64,000 nucleotides of DNA from Theionarchaea archaeon (GTDB taxonomy: Archaea > Methanobacteriota_B > Thermococci > Methanofastidiosales > SZ-28-30). Where the stretch lies: contig JACVGT010000014.1 in assembly GCA_018992685.1 (NCBI GenBank), positions 1 through 64,000 of the forward strand, in the 5' to 3' direction. How positions within the stretch are numbered: the stretch's first letter is position 1; every line of letters starts with the position of its first letter. This document shows positions 29,754-39,926 of the stretch, piece after piece. Position numbers and translations under genes: made by a program. The notes below the pieces were generated by a model. The model did not search any database and was not told the origin of the DNA. It was given only the letters and a program-made list of their open reading frames with translations.

Positions 29754-32264
29754 GTGACATTCCTGAAGAGAGCACATGCAATCCCCTTGCGCACAGGTAC
29801 AGCAGTGGTAGCAGCTGCACTAGTTGCAGCAATAGTTGTAGGATTGAATGAACCTCTCATTGCTGGACTCTCCTGGCTGAGAATGCAGGTCTATGAGAAC
29901 TCTTTGGGGTTTCTGGGAATCCTGGTGCTCGTAGTGGTAATCGGCGTGATCCTTTCTCTCAAATCACGGAAAGTCTTGCCCATTGTACTGTCTGCGTTCA
30001 TCACATTCTGTGTGGTGTTCAATGCCTTTGCCAGCTACCAGGAAGTTCTCAAGTTCGGGATTAACCAAGATGTCTTTACCGGGCTGGTCAGCATTCTGCT
30101 CCATTCTGCTGCCTTTCCTCTCCTCATACTACAGGTAGACATTACTCTGTCTGCACTTCTGGGATTGGCGGCTATTGGAATCATGGTGATAAAGGGGTTC
30201 ATCATAACTAGGAAGTGGATAGAAACCTCTCTTCTGCAACAAGGTATCCTCAGCTTTGCCTTCGGCTTCGGGGTGACAGCTTTTTCGACGTTTCTCCTGG
30301 CAGCTCTCCAGTTGTTAACAGTACGGAATGTCTTGTTATGTGACGCAGCCTTCTTTTGCGCGGTTGCTCTGATTCCATCCCGGAGGTTCAGGCTTCCAGA
30401 CATAGAACCACCTCTATTAGACCATGAAAAGAAGTGGTGGAGGATCATTGGAATCGTCCTGGTGGCTGGGCTGCTATATGCTGTATTGTTTCCCCCATTG
30501 GAATGGGATTCTCTTGCCTATCAGGCCTATTACTCACGGTTGGTGTATCAACACGGGGGCCTTCCGGTAATCTTTGGTCCCTCAATTGGGATCGAAATGA
30601 GTGCCGCATATCCGCCTGCATACCAGATGCTGGGATGTTACACCTACATCTTTTCAGGAGAACCCAGCGCCCAGCTCTTGAGTGTTCTCGGCTACACAGC
30701 AGGAATCCTGAGCCTGCTGGTAACATTCTTGTTCTCCAGCCTGGTTCTTCCTTCACACAGGATCTATGCGGTTCTTGCTGCTGTGGCAGTGCCCTTCTTT
30801 CTTGGATTCTCTGCCTCCCCTCACTATATGACTCTGCTAATTTTCTTCAATGGGCTCTTTTTGTTTTATGTAACGAGTTATGTCCTGACCAGGAATGTGA
30901 CTTCTTTATATCTGAGCGTCATTTTTCTGGGAGCAGCCTGTCTCACCAGCTATCTGGCCCTGGCCTCAGTTTTGATTCTGGTCATTGCATACATAAGGCG
31001 AAAATTCCCTCTGAAAGCTTTCTTTTTGCCTGCTGTAATCGGCTCACCCCCCTTGCTGAGAAATTTCTACTATACTGGAAATCCTCTGTTCCCCCTTTTC
31101 GGACTGGGGCGCCAGCTGCAGAATCCGTTGTGGGAATCCAATACGAGTCATTTTCAGACCCAGACGATTTATGCGGGATTAGATGTGTTGTCACCCTTTT
31201 CTATTCTGGATTTTCTCATGAACAGAATTAGTTCAGTCCGCCCTCTACTCCCCCTAGTCATCGTGGTTGGTGTGATATTCCTCGTTCTTGTCAGGCCCAA
31301 GACAGAGGAAAAGAAATGGCTTGTAGTGTGGTTTCTGGCCTGCATTGTAATCTTTCTGGTGAGACCCACCTTTGATCGGTACTTGCTGGTGTACATCCCC
31401 GTGTATGCGACGTTCTTTGCCTGGCTCATCTACAAGTGTGAAGTCCTTTCTTTCAGAACACTGAAGTACTCTCTCCAGTTTGCGCTGGCAGTCTCGTTAT
31501 GTATTGTCGCCCTGGGAATAGCTATTACAGGTCCTTTGATGGTAGCGTCTCATGTAAAGCAATTCCCTGATCAACCCCTTGATGATTGGGCATACGTACG
31601 ACAGTTCTACCCCCATGATACGCCCTGCTGGCGTTACCTCAACGAGAACACTCCCCCAGGGATGTATGTGGCAACCTATGATATTAGATACTACTACATT
31701 GATCAGGAAATATTTCCCCTGGATGGGCTGAAATCTCTTCCCTTGTATGATATGGACTACCAGGAGGCTCTTACCTTTCTGGAAGAACATGGCGTGGCAT
31801 ACTGGTTCAGCTCGCGGTGGACATCTCCAGCAGATGAGACATGTCCCCACGCGTACTACGATAATCCATTGACTCCCTATCTCGGGAGCGATGTGCTTCC
31901 TTTGGTATTCGTCTCTGGTCAGTCAGCAGTGTATAATGTAGGAAAGAAACGAATTGACTACCAGGAACTCTTGACCACGGAGAATGTGTTGTACCCTGTA
32001 TTTGGATATGAATATAGATTTAGTCAGGGAAATATGGTATACTTTGACATTCCTGGAGATTTTCAGGGAAAAGTGATAGTCCTTCGCTTCTCCACAGGTG
32101 TAAGGGCATCATTGCATGGAGGTCACGCAGCCTCCCCCTTGCTCCTCGGAGATACACTTTACAGGACAGAAGGCGAATCCATGGTCTTCATCGCATATTC
32201 TGGGAAATATACTCTGTACCTCGAATCTGAGGGACCCTTCACTGTGCTGGTTTCTATCACCTAG
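29754..32264 (+). CDS. Large polytopic membrane protein, GT-C-like glycosyltransferase
   Basis: Many TM helices; PP.EWDSLAY loop, YPP, TGNPLFP and DRYLL motifs. Confidence 0.65.
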   Translation: MTFLKRAHAIPLRTGTAVVAAALVAAIVVGLNEPLIAGLSWLRMQVYENSLGFLGILVLVVVIGVILSLKSRKVLPIVLSAFITFCVVFNAFASYQEVLKFGINQDVFTGLVSILLHSAAFPLLILQVDITLSALLGLAAIGIMVIKGFIITRKWIETSLLQQGILSFAFGFGVTAFSTFLLAALQLLTVRNVLLCDAAFFCAVALIPSRRFRLPDIEPPLLDHEKKWWRIIGIVLVAGLLYAVLFPPLEWDSLAYQAYYSRLVYQHGGLPVIFGPSIGIEMSAAYPPAYQMLGCYTYIFSGEPSAQLLSVLGYTAGILSLLVTFLFSSLVLPSHRIYAVLAAVAVPFFLGFSASPHYMTLLIFFNGLFLFYVTSYVLTRNVTSLYLSVIFLGAACLTSYLALASVLILVIAYIRRKFPLKAFFLPAVIGSPPLLRNFYYTGNPLFPLFGLGRQLQNPLWESNTSHFQTQTIYAGLDVLSPFSILDFLMNRISSVRPLLPLVIVVGVIFLVLVRPKTEEKKWLVVWFLACIVIFLVRPTFDRYLLVYIPVYATFFAWLIYKCEVLSFRTLKYSLQFALAVSLCIVALGIAITGPLMVASHVKQFPDQPLDDWAYVRQFYPHDTPCWRYLNENTPPGMYVATYDIRYYYIDQEIFPLDGLKSLPLYDMDYQEALTFLEEHGVAYWFSSRWTSPADETCPHAYYDNPLTPYLGSDVLPLVFVSGQSAVYNVGKKRIDYQELLTTENVLYPVFGYEYRFSQGNMVYFDIPGDFQGKVIVLRFSTGVRASLHGGHAASPLLLGDTLYRTEGESMVFIAYSGKYTLYLESEGPFTVLVSIT

Positions 32265-32361
32265 CTTCAGGAATCGGTCCTGGTATGGAGCTTTCAAGAT
32301 TCTCTGTGGCATTCATGAAAAGACTTATATAAGGGACTGCCTGTTTCAAATCTGTGATTCC

Positions 32362-33768
32362 ATGGATGAAGATTGTGCAGAGTTTGCCGTGGATGCAGCC
32401 TCCACTCTAGGAGCCTCATTTGCTGATGCCAGGTTTGAACGCCAGGAAAGAACTGATATTGTGCTCAAGAACGGTGGGCTCGATGCTGTATCTACTATCG
32501 TCAGCGAAGGCATTGGGATCAGGGTTATCACTTCGAGGGGAATTGGATTCTCCTCAACCAATGACCTGAGCAAAGTGAGTGTACGCAGGACGGTGAAGGA
32601 GGCATTCAGGCAGGCGGAATCCTGCAGGAGAAAGACTCCTCCTCGGCTTTCAGATGAGAAGAGAGCCACTGCAACATGGGAAGTCCCTCAGAAAGAGAAC
32701 CTCTCTGACATCGATGTCCAGGAAAAGGTAGCCCGCCTCATAGAGGAGGATGAAACGATCTCTTCATCAGGAGATATCCCTGCCAGGATGCTTATTTTTG
32801 CTGATAGACAGCTTGAGAAGGTTACTGTAACTTCTGAAGGGACAAGGATTACCGGGATTCTGCCTGTGCTGCTCTGTTCATACTTTCTCACAGTGAAATG
32901 CGGCAACCAAGTGGAGCAGAGTGTGAGACGGTTTGGCTATACAGGGGGATGGGAAGGGTTTAGCCAGTTTGACATAGCAGAAGATGGGCTACACGAAGTG
33001 GAGATTCTGCAGAGGCTCATGAAGGAAGGGAAGAAATCTCCCCGTGGTACCATGGACCTGGTTGTTGGACCTGACGTCATCGGTATTATCTGTCATGAGA
33101 GCTGCGGCCATCCCATGGAGGCAGATCGGATCCTGGGTAGGGAAGCTTCTCAGGCAGGAGCATCTTTCATGAACCAGCAGCTTCTGGGAACCCGTGTTGG
33201 CTCAGATGAGGTAACAGTTGCAGAAGATCCCACCATTGAACACAGCTTCGGCTACTATGCGTATGACGATGAAGGTGTAAAATCCAGGAGACGTTTCCTC
33301 TACAAGGATGGGATAATCAACCAGTTCTTGCACAACAGGGAATCTGCAGCACGAATGGGGACTACCAGCAATGGAGCAGCCAGGAGTTCAGGGTACAACA
33401 GAGAGGCAATCGTGAGAATGGCCAATACATATCTGCTTCCTGGAGAGTACAGTCAGGAAGAACTGATTGAGGGCATCAACCATGGAATATACATGAAATC
33501 GTATACTGAGTGGAATATAGATGACAAACGGTATAATCAGAGATACATAGGAAGAGAGGCATACTGTATTGAACATGGTGAGATAACACATATGGTGAAA
33601 AGGCCAACCCTGGAGATCACCACTCCCGGATTTTGGAAGGCTGTGGATGCTCGAGGGAATGACCTCGTGTTCAGGGCGGGGAATTGTGGAAAAGGAGATC
33701 CTATCCAGGAGATGGATGTGCTGTACGGTGGACCCACTACCAGGCTGCGAGGAGTTTTCATGAGGTGA
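32362..33768 (+). CDS. tldD: TldD metalloprotease
   Basis: HESCGHPMEAD, YDDEGV, RMANTY and CGKG motifs. Confidence 0.93.
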   Translation: MDEDCAEFAVDAASTLGASFADARFERQERTDIVLKNGGLDAVSTIVSEGIGIRVITSRGIGFSSTNDLSKVSVRRTVKEAFRQAESCRRKTPPRLSDEKRATATWEVPQKENLSDIDVQEKVARLIEEDETISSSGDIPARMLIFADRQLEKVTVTSEGTRITGILPVLLCSYFLTVKCGNQVEQSVRRFGYTGGWEGFSQFDIAEDGLHEVEILQRLMKEGKKSPRGTMDLVVGPDVIGIICHESCGHPMEADRILGREASQAGASFMNQQLLGTRVGSDEVTVAEDPTIEHSFGYYAYDDEGVKSRRRFLYKDGIINQFLHNRESAARMGTTSNGAARSSGYNREAIVRMANTYLLPGEYSQEELIEGINHGIYMKSYTEWNIDDKRYNQRYIGREAYCIEHGEITHMVKRPTLEITTPGFWKAVDARGNDLVFRAGNCGKGDPIQEMDVLYGGPTTRLRGVFMR

Positions 33769-33769
33769 T

Positions 33770-35095
33770 GTGATGACGGACCATACGAGATGTGCAGTGA
33801 AAAAAGCGCTTGAACACGGAGCAACAGATGTCATTGCCAAGGAAATTACGCGCCGTAACCAGCAGGTGCGATTCTCCAATAATGAGATCGACATAGCCAA
33901 GACGTGGTATGAGACCGTGCTGAAGATATTTCTTGTGCATGAGAAAAGAGTTGTACTCACAGAAATCAGTAATTTTGACACTCTTGATGAGACGCTGAGC
34001 CGGGCACTAAGACTGGCCAGAATCAGTAGGGAAAATCCGGAATACAGGGGAATTGCTGAAGGTCCCTTTGAGTATCCAGAGACCAAGAGCGATTCCAGAT
34101 TGAAGAAGATCACAGATCACACAGATTACATCATGGCTGCCATTAACAAAGCTATTGAGCAGGCTGAGACTACGTTTGGCACTCTGCAGATAATAAATGA
34201 GACTATGGCACTGTCAACCTCACGGAATGTGGAAGTTCACGATGAGAAGGCGTCCATTGAGCTTTCTATCCGGGCATTCTCTCAGAAGGAGGCTTCTGGG
34301 CATAGCGTGACCTGTTCTTCTACACTCAAAGGATTCAATCCTGAGAAAGCGGGGGAAGAAGCAGGTGAGTATGCCCGCCTTGCCAGAAATCCTGAACAGG
34401 GAAAAGAAGGTACATACGATGTTGTGTTCTCCCCTCTCTTTGTGGGATCTATTTTGAACTACTCCACTGACATGATTTCTGCATTCAGCGTCTTGGCAGG
34501 ACGCTCCATGTACGGGGGGAAAATCGGGGAGAAGGTTGCCTCGGAGGCCGTCACTGTTGTGGATACGCCCGCAGGATTCAACAGAGTGATGGTTGATGAT
34601 GAAGGAGTTCCAACCAGAGACACTATTCTGATTGACAAGGGAGAACTGAGAACCTATCTTCACAATACGTCAACAGCTAGAGCGATGAACACAGAAACCA
34701 CAGCCAATGCCGGATTGGTAAAGCCAGAACCGCTGAATATCTGGATGCATCCGGGAGGGTATAGCAGTGAGGCACTTTTCCAGAGTGTCGAGAATGGGTT
34801 GTATCTCACAAATACCTGGTACACTCGGTTCCAGAACATGCAGACTGGAGACTTCTCCACCATACCGCGTGATGCTATCCTCGTTATTAAGAAAGGAGAA
34901 ATCGCCGGGTCTATAAAGAATATTAGGGTTTCAGACAATATGCTGCAGCTTTATCTGAACATGGAAGCTGTGGGGAAGGAACAAAAGGTGGTTCACTGGT
35001 GGGCTGAAGTGCAATTCCCGTGTTTTGCGTCTCATGTACTGGTCCGAAACGTCCACATTACTCGATCGACAGAATCAACGAGTCCATCACAGTAG
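33770..35095 (+). CDS. pmbA: TldE/PmbA partner subunit
   Basis: Adjacent to tldD; DDEGVP, LHN.STA and GDFS motifs; no HExxxH. Confidence 0.9.
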   Translation: MMTDHTRCAVKKALEHGATDVIAKEITRRNQQVRFSNNEIDIAKTWYETVLKIFLVHEKRVVLTEISNFDTLDETLSRALRLARISRENPEYRGIAEGPFEYPETKSDSRLKKITDHTDYIMAAINKAIEQAETTFGTLQIINETMALSTSRNVEVHDEKASIELSIRAFSQKEASGHSVTCSSTLKGFNPEKAGEEAGEYARLARNPEQGKEGTYDVVFSPLFVGSILNYSTDMISAFSVLAGRSMYGGKIGEKVASEAVTVVDTPAGFNRVMVDDEGVPTRDTILIDKGELRTYLHNTSTARAMNTETTANAGLVKPEPLNIWMHPGGYSSEALFQSVENGLYLTNTWYTRFQNMQTGDFSTIPRDAILVIKKGEIAGSIKNIRVSDNMLQLYLNMEAVGKEQKVVHWWAEVQFPCFASHVLVRNVHITRSTESTSPSQ

Positions 35096-35108
35096 CTGAA
35101 TGTTGACC

Positions 35109-35663
35109 TCACGTCGAGTTGTCCAAGTCATCGTCAAGAACCAGAACTCTGTCTCTTGTTGCTCCAGGAGGAATTTCAAACTGAGGTGTCAGGGTTCTGA
35201 TAACCTTTGCAGGGACTCCGGCAGCCAGTACATGGTCGGGAATGTCTCCCGTCACTACCGCTCCCGCTCCTATTACTGCGTATTCTCCCACAGTTACTCC
35301 GGGGAGGAGTGTGGCTCCTGTTCCAATCCAGCTGCCCTTTTTTATCAGCACTGGGTTCACAACTCTGGGGCCCAGATACTCGTACAGGGGCAACGTAGGG
35401 TTACTGTGGGCAAAAATAGTTGCTCTCGGGCTTATCGTTACATCATCTTCGAGAATGACACTGTGAGGTTCCACTGGATCTATCAAAACATCATGGGCGA
35501 TCTTGACCCTGTTCCCTACAACTACTCCTCGTAGACGATGAAGGAAAGCATTGACTCCGACAAAGGGAGAAATCATGGCCAGCCTCAGCAGAAAATAAGT
35601 GTACAGCATGTGCTTGTGCTTCCAGGCGTATCGGGCCAGCCGTTTCCTATCTGTAGAGTTCAT
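35109..35663 (-). CDS. Hexapeptide-repeat O-acyltransferase
   Basis: WIGTGATLLPGVTVGEYAVIGAGAVVT...GVPAK. Confidence 0.9.
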   Translation of the reverse strand: MNSTDRKRLARYAWKHKHMLYTYFLLRLAMISPFVGVNAFLHRLRGVVVGNRVKIAHDVLIDPVEPHSVILEDDVTISPRATIFAHSNPTLPLYEYLGPRVVNPVLIKKGSWIGTGATLLPGVTVGEYAVIGAGAVVTGDIPDHVLAAGVPAKVIRTLTPQFEIPPGATRDRVLVLDDDLDNST

Positions 35664-36402
35664 AGACCTGCTCCATAGTAATAAAATCAACATTCAGCTC
35701 TCTAAGAAATTTAAGATATCTTTTCACCTTTTTTATGAACGCAGCCCCTGCATTCTTGGTGACGTAAAAAGGAACTGGGACCTCTGGAGGGACAAATGAA
35801 AACTCCCAAGGATGGAAGTTCACTACCAGATACCCATCGCGCTTCAGAGTGTACAGGGCCATTATCTTGGCCAGTGACAAGGGGCACATCCGCAAGACCA
35901 TGCTGGTTAGGGGTACAATACCCACAGTTGATATTGGTATCTCCATTAATGATTCCGAAAGCATATACACATTGAGGAATCTGTCCATTCTTGATGCGCT
36001 CCTTACGGGTATCTGGGAGCTGTCGTACACAAAATAGGGCTCCAAGTACTTGACCATCAACCTGCTGAACCCATAATATGGAGCTCGAAATCCTCTGGCC
36101 GAGAAGAGACGATTACAGTGGGATAGCTCTTCCTCCAATGCGATAGGTGATAATGAACGCAAATCCAGGTGTGTATACCCATGAGATGCTATTTCATGGC
36201 CATTTTCACGCACGATGTCTAGAATGGTAGGAGTACTCTCCACATATCTACCCAGCATGAACAACGTCGAAGGTACGTCTTCTTCACAGAAAATATCAAG
36301 AAGGGCTCTCAGCCCATGATAATCATTCACCGAACAGGATACCCCATACTTGGCAATGGCATCTGAAAACTTCTCAATATCTGCAGTCACACATACGTGC
36401 AT
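35647..36402 (-). CDS. Polysaccharide deacetylase family protein
   Basis: TADIE, HEIASHGYTH, GFRAP, YDSS and FHPWE motifs. Confidence 0.9.
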   Translation of the reverse strand: MHVCVTADIEKFSDAIAKYGVSCSVNDYHGLRALLDIFCEEDVPSTLFMLGRYVESTPTILDIVRENGHEIASHGYTHLDLRSLSPIALEEELSHCNRLFSARGFRAPYYGFSRLMVKYLEPYFVYDSSQIPVRSASRMDRFLNVYMLSESLMEIPISTVGIVPLTSMVLRMCPLSLAKIMALYTLKRDGYLVVNFHPWEFSFVPPEVPVPFYVTKNAGAAFIKKVKRYLKFLRELNVDFITMEQVYELYR

Positions 36403-36672
36403 GTAGACACTATGATCCTCAATGTTTTAAGATTATCTTTGGAGAGAGATGCATCAGAACTGTCCATTTTTCCTTGATGAAATATAGCCAACCTGAGAGC
36501 ATCTTGGTGTCTTCATGGAGACACGGTGAGATCCTGTATTCTGCAACTCTGCAGAATCCCCAACCAACCTCACGTGGAGGAGTTGCATCTGGCAGAGACT
36601 CCACGGTTATACCCGTTCCCCACCCGTAGTGAGGCGATGAAACCTTTTTAAAACATACAGAGTAACCAGTAC

Positions 36673-37071
36673 ATGAGAAGAGATCTTTCGTGGGTGTTCT
36701 CCTTGAAGACAATTGCCGTCGTGGGAGCTTCTACAAATGTGAATAAACCTGCCCACAGTGTGCCTCAGTATCTGAAAGAGAAAGGGTACACCATCATCCC
36801 CGTTAATCCCAATGCAGACCAGATATTTGGTGAGAAGTGCTACAGTAACTTGAGAGACATTCCCGGCAGCATTGATATTGTCCAGATGTTTCGACCCTCT
36901 GAAGAAATAACGAATTTTATGGCAGATATTCTGGCAGTATCCCCCACGGTCTTGTGGATGCAACTAGGAATAGAAAGTGAAGAAGCAAGGAAGGAGGCTG
37001 AGGCCCATGGAATCTTTGTGGTTATGAACAGGTGTATGATGGTGGAGCACAGGATACTGGTTGGTGATTGA
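36673..37071 (+). CDS. CoA-binding protein (YccU-like)
   Basis: IAVVGAS, PVNP, WMQLGI and NRCM motifs. Confidence 0.9.
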   Translation: MRRDLSWVFSLKTIAVVGASTNVNKPAHSVPQYLKEKGYTIIPVNPNADQIFGEKCYSNLRDIPGSIDIVQMFRPSEEITNFMADILAVSPTVLWMQLGIESEEARKEAEAHGIFVVMNRCMMVEHRILVGD

Positions 37072-37971
37072 ATGTATGACGTGGTCATCGTAGGAGGAGG
37101 TCCTGCAGGGCTGACGGCGGGAATTTATGCTGCCAGGGCTCGCCTGGAAACAGCCATTCTGGAGCGGTTGATGCCGGGGGGGCAGGCTGCAGTAACAGAT
37201 TATATTGAAAACTATCCTGGGTACCCTGAAGGCGTAGCAGGGCACGAACTGGTGGCAAGAATGCAGGAACAGGCAGAGAAATTTGGATGTCAGATACGGT
37301 CAGACGAGGTTGAAGCAGTAGACCTAGGAAAGAGAACAGTGATCACAGGGTCTGAGAGCTATCTGTGGAAAGCATTGATAATCGCAACAGGAGCAGATCC
37401 CAGGACACTAGATGTTCCCGGATGCGCAGCCCTCAAGGGGAGAGGAATAAGTTTCTGCGCCACCTGTGATGGAGCTCTCTTTTCTGGAAGGCACGTTGCG
37501 GTGGTGGGAGGGGGAGATTCCGCTGTGAAAGAGGCCATGTACCTGACCAAGTTTGCCTCCGAGGTTTTTGTCATCCACAGGAGAGACAAGTTGCGGGCAG
37601 AAGGAATTATCCAGGAAAAAGCTTTCAACAATGAAAAAATTACCTTTGTATGGGATTCAATAGTCACAGAGATCAAGGGGAACCAGCAGGTAGAGGGAGT
37701 TCACATTAAGAATGTGAAAACGGGTGAAGGAAAAGACCTGGCCGTGAGTGGAGTTTTTGTGTATATTGGCAGGATACCCAATACAGCTATGGTTAATGTT
37801 GAAAAAGACAAAGCAGGATACATTATTACAGATTCTGACATGCGCACATCAGTCGAGGGAGTATTTGCGGCAGGTGACTGCAGATCAAAAGAGCATCGTC
37901 AGGTGGCGACAGCAGTAGGAGATGGAGCTGCAGCAGCCATGTCGGCAGAAGAGTATATTGCCGGCTTTTGA
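37072..37971 (+). CDS. trxB: Thioredoxin-disulfide reductase
   Basis: GGGPAG, CATCDG, GGGDSA, HRRD and AAGD motifs. Confidence 0.95.
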   Translation: MYDVVIVGGGPAGLTAGIYAARARLETAILERLMPGGQAAVTDYIENYPGYPEGVAGHELVARMQEQAEKFGCQIRSDEVEAVDLGKRTVITGSESYLWKALIIATGADPRTLDVPGCAALKGRGISFCATCDGALFSGRHVAVVGGGDSAVKEAMYLTKFASEVFVIHRRDKLRAEGIIQEKAFNNEKITFVWDSIVTEIKGNQQVEGVHIKNVKTGEGKDLAVSGVFVYIGRIPNTAMVNVEKDKAGYIITDSDMRTSVEGVFAAGDCRSKEHRQVATAVGDGAAAAMSAEEYIAGF

Positions 37972-38192
37972 GGATTCTGGTCAGATCTCCTGATTGGCTT
38001 GGCCTGCATCAACATACTTTCCCAGGTACGTTCATGGCAAAAGAAAGGAGGAAGCCCCGAAGGCAATGACAAACGATGCAGGAAGAGAGAACTGTAAGGG
38101 ATGCGGATGGTCAATATGTGGTTGTGACCGGACTCTTGTCTGTGAGAATTCGAGAAGATTTCGGAATTGCTGCTTTGACATGATTTCAGTGA

Positions 38193-38429
38193 CTATCCTC
38201 CAACTACTGGGGGGAAAACGGCCACTTCGTCACGTTCTGAGAGAAGTTCCGTGCTTGACACCGTCTTTCGATTAACGGTCACCAAGAATCCTGTATCCAG
38301 GCCGTAGGTATCCCTTAGAACCTGCATCAGATCATCGACAGTTTCAACATCTTTTTCCACGTACTCCTCTCTCTTTCCTATCTTCTGTCTGAGTACTCCA
38401 AAGTACTTGACATGAACACGCATGATCAA
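38193..38429 (-). CDS. MoaD/ThiS/SAMP ubiquitin-like sulfur carrier
   Basis: Beta-grasp pattern ending in FPPVVGG. Confidence 0.92.
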   Translation of the reverse strand: MIMRVHVKYFGVLRQKIGKREEYVEKDVETVDDLMQVLRDTYGLDTGFLVTVNRKTVSSTELLSERDEVAVFPPVVGG

Positions 38430-38435
38430 ACCCTC

Positions 38436-39239
38436 CTAGTAGTATGCCAAGGTTCCTTCCTTTCGAGCTCTGTTCAACCCCTTCTTGAATAGAAGCACTC
38501 CCAGGGACAGAGCTACCAGTGCCAGAACCAAGAGCATCCAGAAGTATCCCATGATCTGGTCCATGGTAGCTTGATCAGAAAGGGCCAGCCGCAGCCCGAT
38601 AATGGAATAATACATGGGCAGTATTTTTCCTACTGGCTGAAGAATCTCTGGCAGGACATCAAGTGGGAAATATACACCGCACAGGAAAATTGCGATTCCC
38701 TGTACCACAGAAACCAGAGACCCTACTTGCTTCAGGAACACATTCAATCCCGCTACCATGAGTCCGAACCCTACCATCATCAGAACAGACAGCCCCATCA
38801 AGACAATGCCCATGGCGACATTTCCTGTAATTGATACATCAAACACAGTGATGCCAAAAAACAGAAAGATTACCATGGATATCGTTCCCATAAACAGTCC
38901 CCAAACAGTGTAGGCTATCACAATAACAAAGGGGGACGTGGGAGTGAGAAAAATAGGTTCAAACGTTCCTCTCATCATTTCCTGCTGTATAGATCCTGAT
39001 GCAGCTCCCATTGCGCTCCACAAATACCCCCACCCTATGGAGCCCACCAGAATATACTGGATGTAATCTCCCCCAAAAGGAGCAAGGATGGTCAGCATCC
39101 GATCACCAAACATCTCTGCAAAGAGAACGAACAAGAACAGGTTCATGACCATCTGTGCATAGTTAAAGACCATGGCAAATTTATACGTGAACATCATGAG
39201 GAAGTCCCTTTTGACAAATACATACAGTTTTCGTAACAT
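38436..39239 (-). CDS. ABC-2 type exporter permease
   Basis: Six TM helices; E..RGTFE...TP and GVYFPL..LP motifs. Confidence 0.9.
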   Translation of the reverse strand: MLRKLYVFVKRDFLMMFTYKFAMVFNYAQMVMNLFLFVLFAEMFGDRMLTILAPFGGDYIQYILVGSIGWGYLWSAMGAASGSIQQEMMRGTFEPIFLTPTSPFVIVIAYTVWGLFMGTISMVIFLFFGITVFDVSITGNVAMGIVLMGLSVLMMVGFGLMVAGLNVFLKQVGSLVSVVQGIAIFLCGVYFPLDVLPEILQPVGKILPMYYSIIGLRLALSDQATMDQIMGYFWMLLVLALVALSLGVLLFKKGLNRARKEGTLAYY

Positions 39240-39383
39240 GGCGTCTTCACCACTTTGCTTTCTGGGGTATGTTAGCATAGGAGTTAAAAAGGTTTTGGAA
39301 GGTCGAAAGAAGATGCAAGAAGGATAGTCGAGTCTTCAGCAGTCACCACCAATCTTTATAATATCTCAGGGTCTCCTCATACC

Positions 39384-39923
39384 ATGGAACCCATCAAGCA
39401 GCTGGTTGAAGCTGTCCTCTTCGTCAGTGGCAAGCCAGTGAGCCTGGGCAGTCTGGCCCAATCTCTCAATACACCGGGGGGGCAGATCAAGGAACTCATA
39501 GCAGAGCTCCAGAAGGCCTACCAGGAACGAGATTCTGCTGTCGAAATTGTGGAGACCGTGGACAAGAAATTCGTGATGCAGTTAAGACCAGAGCTTTCTG
39601 AGACTGTCATGGATTATGCTCCCGAGTCTGGAGAATCCAAAGCATTGCTCAAGACATTATCCCTCATTGCGTACTTGCAGCCTGTTCTCCAGTCAGATGT
39701 GGTTAAGTACAGGGGAACGGGCGCATACCAGCACATCAAACAGCTGGAAGACCACGGACTGATTGAGAGGAGACCCAAAGAAAGGACCTATCTACTGAAG
39801 ACAACTCCCAAGTTTGCAGAATTCTACGGACTGAAATCTGATTCTCCTGAAGACATCAAGAAATTCGTAGAACAGCATGTAGAAGTCATGAAACTGGAAA
39901 AGAATGGGGCACAGGCCCGGTGA
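39384..39923 (+). CDS. scpB: SMC-Scp complex subunit ScpB
   Basis: VEAVLF, TLSLIAYLQP and TTPKFAEFYGL motifs. Confidence 0.92.
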   Translation: MEPIKQLVEAVLFVSGKPVSLGSLAQSLNTPGGQIKELIAELQKAYQERDSAVEIVETVDKKFVMQLRPELSETVMDYAPESGESKALLKTLSLIAYLQPVLQSDVVKYRGTGAYQHIKQLEDHGLIERRPKERTYLLKTTPKFAEFYGLKSDSPEDIKKFVEQHVEVMKLEKNGAQAR

Positions 39924-39926
39924 AAG

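Noticed and set aside
30434-31231. 265-aa alternative-frame ORF inside the membrane protein gene
   Set aside because: Fully nested, with no RBS or recognisable motif; likely a by-product of codon usage
32362-35095. TldD/TldE as the maturation protease of a RiPP cluster
   Set aside because: No precursor or modifying enzyme is adjacent, and the repeat peptide lies more than 10 kb away
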